Shown here piece after piece: positions 51,659 through 61,067 of a DNA stretch of 64,000 nt. A program made the translations under genes and the position numbers. This DNA comes from an uncultured Actinomycetes bacterium (GTDB lineage: Bacteria > Actinomycetota > Thermoleophilia > UBA2241), in NCBI GenBank assembly GCA_963725665.1, contig CAVRZA010000011.1, positions 480,001 through 544,000 on the forward strand, in the 5' to 3' direction. The notes beneath the pieces are model-generated. The model was not told the origin of the DNA. It saw nothing but the letters and a program-made list of their open reading frames with translations, and did not search any database. The number at the start of each line of letters is the position of its first letter. The first letter of the stretch is position 1.

Positions 51659-52789
51659 CTACTTGACTGCGTAGAGGTAACCGTCATCACTGCCGACGTA
51701 GACCACTCCGTGCGAGACGGCCGGGGAGGAGCCAACCGAACCCCCTGTCTTCAACTCCCATCTCTCCTGGCCCGTGTTGATGTCCAGCGCGTAGAGATGG
51801 CCGTCATCACTGCCGACGTAGACGACTCCGCCCGAGACCGCTGGGGAGGATGACGCGCCGGCAACGCCCGGGCTAGACGTCCATAGCTCCTTTCCGCTCT
51901 GAGCGTCCACCGCGTGAAGGCAGCCGTCATCACCGCCGCAGTAGACCACCCCGCCCGAGACCGCAGGGGAGGAGACAACGACATAGCCCGTTCCGAAATG
52001 CCATTTCAGGTGCCCGCTCTGCGTGTCCACCGCGTGCACACCGTTCATGAAGCCGGTCACGCGGGTGTAGACCACCCCGTGCGAGACGGCCGGTGTGGCA
52101 CGCGCTATAGCGCCCAAGCCGAACCGCCAGTTCTTCTGCCCGGTCTTGCCGTCGAGCGCGAACAGGTAGCCCCGGCCGAAGTAGACCACACCGCCGGAGA
52201 CGGCCGGGGAGGGGGAGTAGATCCCACTCTCTGTATAGAACTTCCACCTCACCTGGCCGCTCCGGCTGTCCAGCGCGTAGAGGTAGCCGCCGTTGCCGGC
52301 GACGTAGACCATCCCATTTGCGACGGCCGGGGAGGAGTGAGCCGGACCGCCCGTCTTGGACTCCCATCTCTGCTGGCCGCTCTGGATGTTCAGCGCGTAG
52401 AGACGGCCGTCGCTACTGCGGCAATAGACCCCTCCGCCGACGACGGCCGGGGAGGAGACGATCTTCCCGCCGGTCTTGAATCTCCATCTCTGCTGGCCGC
52501 TCTGGATGTCCACCGCGTAGAGACTGCCGTCGTCACTGCCGACGTAGATCACCCCGCCCGCGACCGCCGGGGAGGAGCGAACCGGACCGCCGGTCTTGAA
52601 CTTCCAGACAAGCCGGTTTGGCTGGCTGGGTCCACCACTCGCGCTACTGCTGGGCGTCACCGACGGCGAGCTCGTCGCCGTGCTGCCCTTGCCGCCGCAG
52701 GCGGCAAGGGCGAGCGCCGCGAGCACGACGAATGACGCGAGCACGACGGTGATGGATGCGCGTAGTCTCGATGCCCCTAGCCCCTTCAT
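51659..52789 (-). CDS. PQQ-like beta-propeller repeat lipoprotein
   Basis: LAAC lipobox; about 8 repeats of SSPAVxxGVVYVGSDDGxLYA..W. Confidence 0.88.
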   Translation of the reverse strand: MKGLGASRLRASITVVLASFVVLAALALAACGGKGSTATSSPSVTPSSSASGGPSQPNRLVWKFKTGGPVRSSPAVAGGVIYVGSDDGSLYAVDIQSGQQRWRFKTGGKIVSSPAVVGGGVYCRSSDGRLYALNIQSGQQRWESKTGGPAHSSPAVANGMVYVAGNGGYLYALDSRSGQVRWKFYTESGIYSPSPAVSGGVVYFGRGYLFALDGKTGQKNWRFGLGAIARATPAVSHGVVYTRVTGFMNGVHAVDTQSGHLKWHFGTGYVVVSSPAVSGGVVYCGGDDGCLHAVDAQSGKELWTSSPGVAGASSSPAVSGGVVYVGSDDGHLYALDINTGQERWELKTGGSVGSSPAVSHGVVYVGSDDGYLYAVK

Positions 52790-52838
52790 GACCTGCCCCC
52801 TTCTCCTGCCCTCGGCCCGCCCGCTGCGCCGTAGCGCC

Positions 52839-53840
52839 TCAGTACTTTGTCCTGACGTGATCGCTGTAGATGGTCTCGCGGGCGATCTTGCCCTCGCGGA
52901 TCTCGAGGATCGTGACGCCGCGGATGGTCGGGCGCCTGCCCCACTTGGTGTACTTGTCGGGGAGGCCCACCGGCGGCTTGCCGCCCTCTCGGTCGGTGCG
53001 CTTCCACATCACGGCAGCCCAGCCGGGGCCGGCCGCCATGCCCATCGTCCGGAAGCGCAGGCCCTTAAGCCTGAACATCTCGGCGTGCGCGGCGACTGCC
53101 GCCTGCGGTCCCACGTAGCGCCGGTCGCGCGCCGTGTCCTGGTAGACCACGTCGCCGGCGTAGAGAGGGGCGAGCCGCGCCGGGGCGAGCACTCGCAAAG
53201 CGGACATGTAGGCGACGGCCAGCGCCCGACTCGCCGCCTGCGTGTCGGCTGGCGCTGGTGGCGTCTTCAGCGGCTCCGGCGGAAACTTGGGATACTCAGG
53301 GGCCGCATCGTTGTAGTAGATGTAGTCCGAGACGATCTTGCCGTCGTGCACCCCAAGGACGTCCGCGCCATAGGCAGCGCCGTTGACCTCCTCCTCGACG
53401 ACGACGGCGTCGCTGCCGATGAGCACCGAGCGCGGCGTGCTCGTGAGCGGCCCGAGGACGAACCAATAGTTGAAGTACTCGGAGATGGCCTTGGTGCCGA
53501 CCCTGAGGTCGCCGATGGCGCGGTCCTCGAAGTGGGCGCGCTTGGCGAACAGCCCGACCAGACTCCGGAACCCACTGCTGGTCCCGGCCGTGGGGAGCGC
53601 GTCGGCGTAGGCGGCGGCCACCTGCGCCGTGGTCGTCGGGACGGCGACCGGAGAGGCGACTCCCCCTGTCGTTCCTGCCGACGGCACCACTGGAGAGGGT
53701 GTGGACTTCGGCGTGGCAACGGTCGTTACGCTCGCGGCGCCGCCGCAGGCGGCCAGCACTCTCATCATCAGTAACGTCAGCGCGGCGATCGCCAAGCCCG
53801 ACGACAGCCCCGTCCCGCATCTGTGTTCGCGGATCCTCAC
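52839..53840 (-). CDS. Lipoprotein with two SnoaL/NTF2-like domains (copy A)
   Basis: GTG 53840 after GGAGG; LAAC; GKIVSDYIYY and LEIREGKIARETIY. Confidence 0.72.
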   Translation of the reverse strand: MRIREHRCGTGLSSGLAIAALTLLMMRVLAACGGAASVTTVATPKSTPSPVVPSAGTTGGVASPVAVPTTTAQVAAAYADALPTAGTSSGFRSLVGLFAKRAHFEDRAIGDLRVGTKAISEYFNYWFVLGPLTSTPRSVLIGSDAVVVEEEVNGAAYGADVLGVHDGKIVSDYIYYNDAAPEYPKFPPEPLKTPPAPADTQAASRALAVAYMSALRVLAPARLAPLYAGDVVYQDTARDRRYVGPQAAVAAHAEMFRLKGLRFRTMGMAAGPGWAAVMWKRTDREGGKPPVGLPDKYTKWGRRPTIRGVTILEIREGKIARETIYSDHVRTKY

Positions 53841-53890
53841 GACGTCCTCCAGTCTCAATCGGGTCGGTAGGGCCGCAGCGACTCGGCGAT
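53785..53890. repeat. 106-bp exact direct repeat, copy 1
   Basis: Identical to 54972-55077; weaker similarity continues about 80 bp further. Confidence 0.92.
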
Positions 53891-54004
53891 AGCGATCAGC
53901 TCCTTGGTGGTCGCGCCCCTGGCCACCGTCAACAAGACGTCGTTCTTGACCGCGTAGAGGTGAGGGGTGGTGATGTTGCCCCTGAATCCCCTCTGCCTCT
54001 TCAT
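53855..54004 (-). pseudogene. 49-aa remnant ORF matching the C-terminus of the anti-sigma-like protein
   Basis: MKRQRGFRGNITTPHLYAVKNDVLLTVARGATTKELIAIAESLRPYRPD versus ...ITIPHLYAVKDDVLLTIAGGASAKELVAIAESLRPYRPD of 55042..56556. Confidence 0.7.
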
Positions 54005-55027
54005 GACCTCTCCCTTCCCAGTGCCCCCCGGCCCTCAAAGCCGGATGGCTCCCAACCGCCTCTACGGTCGAGGCCTAGAACGGCATGCTTGGTGCTGGTG
54101 TAGTAGAGCGTCTCGCGGGCGATCCTGCCGTCGCGGATCTCCAGCACGGTCACGCCGTCGCCGCCGGCCCCCAACGAGCTGGCGGTCCAGATGACGGCCG
54201 CCCAACCGCGGCCGAAGGCATAGCGCAGGTGCGTGAAGATCAGGTCGGGCAGCCCCCCTTCGAAGATCTTGGCATAGCGCTCCTGCACCTGGTCGGGGCT
54301 GTCACCGACGGTGCTGGAGGCGGTGTCCATGAAGGCGATCGTGGGCGCGCTCAAGGCGGCCACTGCGGCCGCGTCCTTGGCCTGCAGCGCAGCCGCGTAC
54401 TTGAGCGCCACGCCCTCCGCCGCCGCCGGCGTGTCCGCGGGTCCCGGCGCCGACGTGAGCGGCTTGCGGCTCAAGCGGCTTGCCGTTGGGAAGGTTGTCC
54501 CAGTTCTGGTAGTAGTCGCCCTCATAGACGACCTTGCCGCCGCGGGTCTCCTGGACAGCGACCAACTCGATCATTGCTTTGTAGGTCTTGGTGAAGTCCC
54601 AGCGTTCCTCGATCACTGCCCAGCCGCGGCCGGCGTAGCCCGCCACCCAGCGGGCGCCCGAGTACTCGCGCAGGTTCCCGCGGAACGCCCCGACAACTGC
54701 GGCCCGGCCCTTGGAGTGCATGTCGTAGGTGAAGTCGTCGACGACCACGTCGCGGGCGTAGGGACGGACGAGCTTGGCGACGGTCGTCGCGTGGAGCGCG
54801 GCTCGTGCGAGGTCGACCACCCTCTGGGTGACGGCGACCGAGTCGCTGCCCACCAGGCGCTCGGGGGTGGCGGCGAGGGACGGGGACGCCTGCGGTGTCA
54901 ATCCTCCGCTCTTCGCGTTGGTCGCCGAGCTGCCGCATGCCGTCGCGCTCGCCATCAGCAACGCCAGCGCAGCGATCGCCAAGCCCGACGACAGCCCCGT
55001 CCCGCATCTGTGTTCGCGGATCCTCAC
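54001..55027 (-). CDS. Lipoprotein with two SnoaL/NTF2-like domains (copy B; frameshift near 54466, may end at 54075)
   Basis: Same N-terminus VRIREHRCGTGLSSGLAIAAL; ATAC; GKVVYEGDYY and LEIRDGRIARETLYY in two frames. Confidence 0.65.
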
Positions 55028-55077
55028 GACGTCCTCCAGTCTCAATCGGGTCGGTAGGGCCGCAGCGACTCGGCGAT
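54972..55077. repeat. 106-bp exact direct repeat, copy 2
   Basis: Identical to 53785-53890. Confidence 0.92.
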
Positions 55078-56556
55078 GGCGACGAGCTCCTTGGCGCTCG
55101 CGCCCCCGGCGATGGTCAGCAGTACGTCGTCCTTGACGGCGTAGAGGTGGGGGATGGTGATGCGCGGCGCCACGACGACTCTGGCGGTGACGCCGGCGAA
55201 AGCGCCGGCGGTCAGCTTGATGTCTTGGCTCACGATCTCCCCCCAATTGGGCTCGACTTCAAACGGATCGTTCGTCGCGGCGCTCCGCGGGTCGCGTACC
55301 CTGCGGGTGGTGACGGTCAGGGCGTCAAACCCCCGCGTGTACTTGATGGCGACGACGTGGCGTCCTTTGGTCGCACCGTTCGCGGTGCTCGATCTGGCTG
55401 CGGCTGCGCACCAACGCTGCGCGTAGCCGGAAGGCAGCCATCCCGGCACGAGTGTGACGTAGCCCTTGGCCGAGGTGATGCCGGCGAGCGGAAGCCGGCG
55501 AAAGCCGCCGTCGGAGTGGTAGACCCTGACGTCCTTGGGGGGGGCGAAGGTGAAGGCGCTGTCGGGCAGGGGCTCGTCGATGCGCATGTTCTTCCAGTTC
55601 ATCTCGAGCTTGACTACGCCGTCTTGCACGGCCTGAAAGCGCGTCGGCAGGCACGTACGCTGGTCGATCGTGATGAGGGCGGTCTCATGCGGGTCCAGGC
55701 TCAGCGGACCTGCCAGCCCTCCGGACATGGATATCACCCACACCGGCCTGCCCTCGTACGAGGTCGTGTTGACCGTGGCCTTGCCACCAGCCTGCAGCGC
55801 CAGCGCCGTGGCACTGAGATCGACCCCAAAATCTGCCCAGCGGTCGGGCGGGCCGAGTGGAGCGTCCTTCGTCACGTCCGTGCGCAGACCGGGGGCCTCC
55901 GAGCTGAGGTAGTAGTCCCGGACCACTCCGGACGTCGCGTCGTAGGCCGTATCGATGCCGTTGGGGTCGGCGGGAAGAATGGACATGCCCCAGATCGTTT
56001 CCCCTGACGTACGCGAGTTCTGCGTCCGCGTACGACGGAAGCTGCCGTCGTCCCGCATGAGCAGGCGATAGCGGACGACGTCGTACTCAGGGACCTTGCC
56101 CGGCAAGAGCGCGACGGTGTACTTCATCGTGGCGTCCGTCTGGAGGGTCTTACCCGAGGAGAGGGCATGCAGCGCTTTCTGGATCACCTGGGCCGCAGAG
56201 ACGGGCTGCGGTCCTGAGAGGCGGGAGACGCCGGGCAGGCCGATCAGGACGGCCGCCGCGACGGCGGCCGCGATGCCGAAGGCGGCCGCCGTCGCCAGGA
56301 CGGGGTGACGGCTCCAGAGGGAGCGCGACCGGCGGGGCAGGCGGAGCCAGCCGCCGCCGGTCGCGCTCTCCGTCGCTTCGGGCACGGCGTGCTCGGGCGC
56401 TGGGCGTCTAGCCGCGCCCTCCTCCGCATCGACGCGCGCCCAGACGCTGGCGAGGAAGTCGGGCGGGTAGTCCGGGGAGTCCAGCTCGTCGAGAGCCCTG
56501 CCCAGCTCCACGTCGCGCTCCTCGCGGGGTCGCTCGTCGTCGTGTCGGCGCCTCAT
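55042..56556 (-). CDS. Putative membrane anti-sigma factor with LolA/RseB-like extracytoplasmic region
   Basis: ATGA overlap with sigma gene; cytoplasmic N-terminus, one TM, FTFAPPKDVRV and PGWLPSGY motifs. Confidence 0.6.
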   Translation of the reverse strand: MRRRHDDERPREERDVELGRALDELDSPDYPPDFLASVWARVDAEEGAARRPAPEHAVPEATESATGGGWLRLPRRSRSLWSRHPVLATAAAFGIAAAVAAAVLIGLPGVSRLSGPQPVSAAQVIQKALHALSSGKTLQTDATMKYTVALLPGKVPEYDVVRYRLLMRDDGSFRRTRTQNSRTSGETIWGMSILPADPNGIDTAYDATSGVVRDYYLSSEAPGLRTDVTKDAPLGPPDRWADFGVDLSATALALQAGGKATVNTTSYEGRPVWVISMSGGLAGPLSLDPHETALITIDQRTCLPTRFQAVQDGVVKLEMNWKNMRIDEPLPDSAFTFAPPKDVRVYHSDGGFRRLPLAGITSAKGYVTLVPGWLPSGYAQRWCAAAARSSTANGATKGRHVVAIKYTRGFDALTVTTRRVRDPRSAATNDPFEVEPNWGEIVSQDIKLTAGAFAGVTARVVVAPRITIPHLYAVKDDVLLTIAGGASAKELVAIAESLRPYRPD

Positions 56557-57125
56557 GACAACGCCTCCCCGCCTTCGAGCGCGCGCCGCAAAGCGGCGCG
56601 CGCCGCCGACAGACGCGAAGCCAGCGTGCCCATCGGGATACCGAGTGCGGTGGCCGTCGTGCGGTAGTCGTAGCCGTCGCGATCGACCATCAGCACGGCG
56701 GCGCGGGCGTCGCTCGAAAGGGAGCGCAGCGCCGCGGCCAGGTCGGCATGCAGCGCCGCCTCGTCGGCGGGATCACGCACGAGGTGCAGCGAAGGCGGAT
56801 CGGCGTCGGCGTAGACCGCCGTGCGCTGCTTTCTTCGCTCAAGGTGGTCGAGACAGGTGGTGTAGGTGATGCGGTAGAGCCAGGTCCCGACCGAGGAACG
56901 CCCTTCGAACCCCGGCAGGCCGCCGAACGCCTTCACGTAGACATCCTGCATGGCCTCGATGGCGGACTCGCGGTCGTCGAGCAGCCGGTAGGCGAGCGAG
57001 CGCAGGCGGCGGTCGTAATGGTCCATCAGCTGAACGAAAGCATCCCGGTCGCCGCGCTTCGCCCTGCGCAGGACGCTCGCGTCCAGCTCGTCCCGACCCC
57101 TATCGGCATCGTCTGCTGACGCCAC
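56553..57125 (-). CDS. ECF RNA polymerase sigma factor
   Basis: GDRDAF, QDVYVKAF, TWLYRI, GYDYRTTA..LGIPMGTLASRL. Confidence 0.92.
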   Translation of the reverse strand: MASADDADRGRDELDASVLRRAKRGDRDAFVQLMDHYDRRLRSLAYRLLDDRESAIEAMQDVYVKAFGGLPGFEGRSSVGTWLYRITYTTCLDHLERRKQRTAVYADADPPSLHLVRDPADEAALHADLAAALRSLSSDARAAVLMVDRDGYDYRTTATALGIPMGTLASRLSAARAALRRALEGGEALS

Positions 57126-57326
57126 GGCGGCGCTCCCCCACGCTTCGCCACCGAACAGAGGACGGACGGGGGAAGACCAGGCACACGCGAAGGGACCCCA
57201 AGCCCGGTCTCCGACCGTCAGAACCAAGGGAACCATACACCCCCCAAGCGGCAGTGGATGTGACGGAGAGACTTAGACGGCACGGGCGGCGGTTTCTTCG
57301 ACGAAGGTGAAGAAGTCCACCCCAAG

Positions 57327-58598
57327 CTACTCAGCGACCGCCTCCGTCGAGGTGGGCGACGGCGGCCTTGCCGACGGTCTCGCGGTGCCGCGCACCCGCC
57401 AGACGTCGCGCAGCGCAAGCACCCAGATGCCGAAGACGATGCCGAGTACCGCCGACAGCCACAGCGCGGCGTCGAGGCCAATCGCCTCGGCGAGCGGTCC
57501 GGCGAGGACGAGCCCGACCGGCCAGAGGCCACCGCTGACCATCCAGTCCCAACTGCTCACCCGCCCCAGTGACTCGCCGGGGATCTCGCGCTGCAGGGTG
57601 GTCTGCCAGATGGCGATGAGCACCCCGATGACGATGCCGCGCAGGAACCAGACCGTGCACAGCGCGGCGGGAGGAAGCCGCAGTGCGAGCGCGATCATCG
57701 GCGCCGAGACGCTCAAGCCCAGGAGCGTCACGGCGACCAAGGGGCGCGTGGGCTTGTAGTAGAGGGCAACCAGGCCGCCGATGAGCATGCCGAGGCTGAA
57801 CAGCCCGACGAGGAAACCCCAGAGCGCCGCGCTCTCGTGTTGTTCGGTGATGGCGAGCGGGCCGAGCACCTGCAGCGGAGAGATCGTCACGAAGAGCACG
57901 AGCATGGTGCTCAGCATCATCGCCCACAGCCACGTCCGCGACCGGACCTCGTGCCACCCGGCGCGCAGGTCGCTGAGAAAGCCGTGGTTCGCCGCGTCGC
58001 GAGCCAGCGCCGGCACGCGCAGCGTGAGCAAGAAGGCAGCGCTCACGAGGAAGGTGACGGCGTCTATGGCGAGCGCGCCCCCCGATCCGATGAGCGCGAC
58101 CAGCACGCCGGAGACCGACGGCCCCACGAACCAGCCCAGGCCGTCGGCCACGCCCCTCAGGGCGTTGGCCTCCTGGAGCCGGTCCGGCGGCACGATCTGC
58201 GGGATGAGGGCGATAGCCGCCGGGAAGAAGAAGGCCTCACCGCAGCCGAACACGAAACCGAGCAGGGCAAGGCTCCAGATCTGGGCACGGTCCGTGAGAA
58301 GAAGCGCCGCGATGACGGCCATGACCACGCAGCGGAACAGGTCGGAGGCGATCATCACACGCTCCCGCCGCAGGCGGTCGGCCCACACGCCGCCGACGAG
58401 GGTGAAGAGCACCTCCGGCACCGCGAACGCGGCCAGCACCAGGCCGACGTCGGTGCCCGAGCCGGTGAGGTCCAGCACGGCGAAGGTGAGCGCGACCGGC
58501 ACTAGCCCGTCGCCGAAGAGCGACACCGTCTGGCCGATGAACAGGTTGCGGAAGTTGCGCAGACGCAGGACGGCGAGGCGGTCCTTGAGGCCTTCCAT
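57327..58598 (-). CDS. MFS transporter (MFS_3/DHA3-like)
   Basis: NFRNLFIGQTVS, GGVWADRLRR, QEANAL, LGRVSS; multi-TM. Confidence 0.9.
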   Translation of the reverse strand: MEGLKDRLAVLRLRNFRNLFIGQTVSLFGDGLVPVALTFAVLDLTGSGTDVGLVLAAFAVPEVLFTLVGGVWADRLRRERVMIASDLFRCVVMAVIAALLLTDRAQIWSLALLGFVFGCGEAFFFPAAIALIPQIVPPDRLQEANALRGVADGLGWFVGPSVSGVLVALIGSGGALAIDAVTFLVSAAFLLTLRVPALARDAANHGFLSDLRAGWHEVRSRTWLWAMMLSTMLVLFVTISPLQVLGPLAITEQHESAALWGFLVGLFSLGMLIGGLVALYYKPTRPLVAVTLLGLSVSAPMIALALRLPPAALCTVWFLRGIVIGVLIAIWQTTLQREIPGESLGRVSSWDWMVSGGLWPVGLVLAGPLAEAIGLDAALWLSAVLGIVFGIWVLALRDVWRVRGTARPSARPPSPTSTEAVAE

Positions 58599-58708
58599 CC
58601 CTCGACTCCCCTCCTCGAGTGGGGAGGATGATACGCCCCCTGAGGCGGTCGAGAGTGCCCTGCGGCCCCCGACGCTGGAGCCCGCCATGCGGTAGGCTGT
58701 AGCGCGGC

Positions 58709-59494
58709 ATGAGGAACGAGAGCCAGGCCACCTCACAGAGAGGATCCCCGCGCACGTCGTCACCCGAGGCGGTGCAGACGCTGCCGCTGCCCACGCCCCG
58801 CTGCGTGATCCTCGACGTCGATCGGACGCTCATGGAGCCGGGCGACGTCTTCAGCGCGGAAGGCTACGCGGCGATGGGCGAGCGCTGCGGCCTGGCCCTC
58901 GACCCGGCGCGCTGGCTCGAAGGCCAGGCCGCAGCGCTCGCCGCCTACCGCGCGGACTACCGCGCCAAAGAGCTCTTGCACGACGACGACGTCTTCGCCC
59001 GCTTCGCCGAGATCGTGGTCAGGACGATGGCCGGCCCCGAGGCCGATGCGTGGGCCGTCAAGGAGTGCACGGACGGTGTCCTCGAGGCCTGGAACAGCTA
59101 CGAGAACTTCGCTCTCTACACCGACGTCGAGCCCTGTCTCGAACGGCTGCACGAAGCCGGCCTGCGCGTCGCGCTGCTCTCGAACACCAACCGCGACCTC
59201 GAGGCCATCGTGGACCATTTCGGCCTGCGCCAGTTCATCGCCGTCACGCTCTCGAGCGCCCAGGTCGGGCACGTGAAACCCTCGCCGCGCATCTTCGCCG
59301 CCATGCTCGACGCCCTCGGTGCGCGGGCGCACGACACGGTCATGGTCGGCGACAGCTACGAGGAGGACGTGCGCGGCGCCCTGGCCGCCGGTCTCGGAGC
59401 GATCCTCCTCGACCGCGGCGGCGGTGCGCCGCACCACGACGACTGCCCCACCATCACATCACTGCTGGAGCTGCCGCCGTCGCTGGGGATCTAG
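58709..59494 (+). CDS. HAD family hydrolase
   Basis: LDVDRTL, LSN, KPSPRIF, MVGDS..EDV.GA. Confidence 0.9.
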   Translation: MRNESQATSQRGSPRTSSPEAVQTLPLPTPRCVILDVDRTLMEPGDVFSAEGYAAMGERCGLALDPARWLEGQAAALAAYRADYRAKELLHDDDVFARFAEIVVRTMAGPEADAWAVKECTDGVLEAWNSYENFALYTDVEPCLERLHEAGLRVALLSNTNRDLEAIVDHFGLRQFIAVTLSSAQVGHVKPSPRIFAAMLDALGARAHDTVMVGDSYEEDVRGALAAGLGAILLDRGGGAPHHDDCPTITSLLELPPSLGI

Positions 59495-59569
59495 CCGGCA
59501 AGAGAGGCGCTGCGGTCGGCGGCGGGGATCTGGGTCGAAGCAGCCAGTCGGCCGCCGGCCGAGCGTCGG

Positions 59570-60898
59570 CTACTTCGTCTTCGGCACCAGCGCGTAGAGG
59601 GTGCGCACCCCGCAGAGGTAGACCGTGCTGTCGCTGGCGGTGACGGGCGTGTACTTGCCGTCGGGGAAGGTCCACAGGCGCTTGCCCGTGCGAGCGCTCA
59701 GCCCGTAGGTCTTGCTCCCCAGGGTCGAGAAGTAGACGACGCCGTCGAGCACCGTCGGCGAGCCCGAGATGGGGTCCCCGGCCGGAAAGCTCCAGCGCAA
59801 CTTGCCTGTTCGCGCGTCGAGGGCGTAGAAGCTCTGGTCGTAGGAGCCCTCGAGGACGAGGCCGTTCCAGACGGCCGGCGAGGAGTAGACGTAGCCGTTC
59901 GTTGAGAAGGACCAGCGTCTGCCACCGTTGGTGAGGTCGAAGGCGAAGATGTTGCCCCCGACACTACCGACGTAGGCGGTGTTGTAGGCGAGGGCGGCGG
60001 TCGCGTAGAAAGCGTCCGAGCCGAACACGTAGCGCTTGATGTGGCTCCTCCAGAGGAGCCTGCCGCTGAAGTTCAGGCAGTAGACGGTGCCGTCGTAGGA
60101 GCCGATCACGATGCGGTCGTCGAGCTGCGACGGGCTGGCGTCGAACCGTTGCCGCGCCGAGAAGGTCCAGGCCAGCTTCGGTCGGCCGACCAGACGCCCA
60201 TCCTTGAGGGTCGGCACGTCGAGGGCGTACACCTTGTTGTCGCGGGCGCCGAAGAAGACGCGCTTGCGCCACACGAGCGGCGACGACTCGTTCGGCCCTA
60301 TCCCGGTCCACTTCCAGAGCAGCTTCCCGTCTTGCGCGTCGAGCGCATAGAGTGCGCCGCCCTTGCGCGAGTCCTTCGTGGGGTGGGGACCCATCGAGGA
60401 GACGTAGACGACACCGTCTGAGACCGTCGGCGTCGCGGCCATCAGACCGTTGGCGCGATACGTCCAGATGACCCTGCCCGTCTCGGCGTCGGAGCAGCGG
60501 ACGAGCCCATGCATGGTGTTGAAGTACAGGCGCCCGTCGACGATGCTGGGAGGAAACTCGAGCAGGTCCCCGGCGGCGTACTTCCACTTGACGCGAAACG
60601 GCGGGCGGAGCTGCACGTCGGGGTTGTAGCGCGTGCGCGCCCGATCGTAGCCGTACGTCGGCCAGCCGCTTGCCGACGCCGAGGGCTGCACCGAGGGCGT
60701 CGCGGTGACGATCGCCGAGGGGAACGACGTGGGGGCGGGACCGCTCGAGCGGCTGCGCAGGGCGAGGGCGACGCCGCCGAGGGCGATCGCGGCGATGACC
60801 GCCACGGCGACGATGTCGAGGACCCTGAAGAGCGTGCGGTGAGGCCGGCCGCCTGATGGCGTCTGGGGGGAGTCGGATGTCGGTGTGGCGGGATCCAC
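59570..60898 (-). CDS. Membrane-anchored PQQ-like beta-propeller protein
   Basis: TM anchor, WPTYGYD..RT, repeated SSP/W blades. Confidence 0.85.
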   Translation of the reverse strand: MDPATPTSDSPQTPSGGRPHRTLFRVLDIVAVAVIAAIALGGVALALRSRSSGPAPTSFPSAIVTATPSVQPSASASGWPTYGYDRARTRYNPDVQLRPPFRVKWKYAAGDLLEFPPSIVDGRLYFNTMHGLVRCSDAETGRVIWTYRANGLMAATPTVSDGVVYVSSMGPHPTKDSRKGGALYALDAQDGKLLWKWTGIGPNESSPLVWRKRVFFGARDNKVYALDVPTLKDGRLVGRPKLAWTFSARQRFDASPSQLDDRIVIGSYDGTVYCLNFSGRLLWRSHIKRYVFGSDAFYATAALAYNTAYVGSVGGNIFAFDLTNGGRRWSFSTNGYVYSSPAVWNGLVLEGSYDQSFYALDARTGKLRWSFPAGDPISGSPTVLDGVVYFSTLGSKTYGLSARTGKRLWTFPDGKYTPVTASDSTVYLCGVRTLYALVPKTK

Positions 60899-61067
60899 GG
60901 CGTCGCGGCGGGCAGTCTACCCACTCTGGTGCGGGGTGTCCACGGCCGCCGCTGCGTCGGAGACGCTTCGCCCGACGCCGCGGCATCGGTACATCGGCCC
61001 TTCCATGGCCGAGCGATAGGGTATAACGTGCGGCAGCCCGCGTGTGCGTAGGAGGACAAGCGTCAGA

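Noticed and set aside
51659-52789. CRISPR array or PQQ-dependent dehydrogenase
   Set aside because: The periodicity is coding propeller repeats with no unique spacers or cas genes; no dehydrogenase catalytic features are evident
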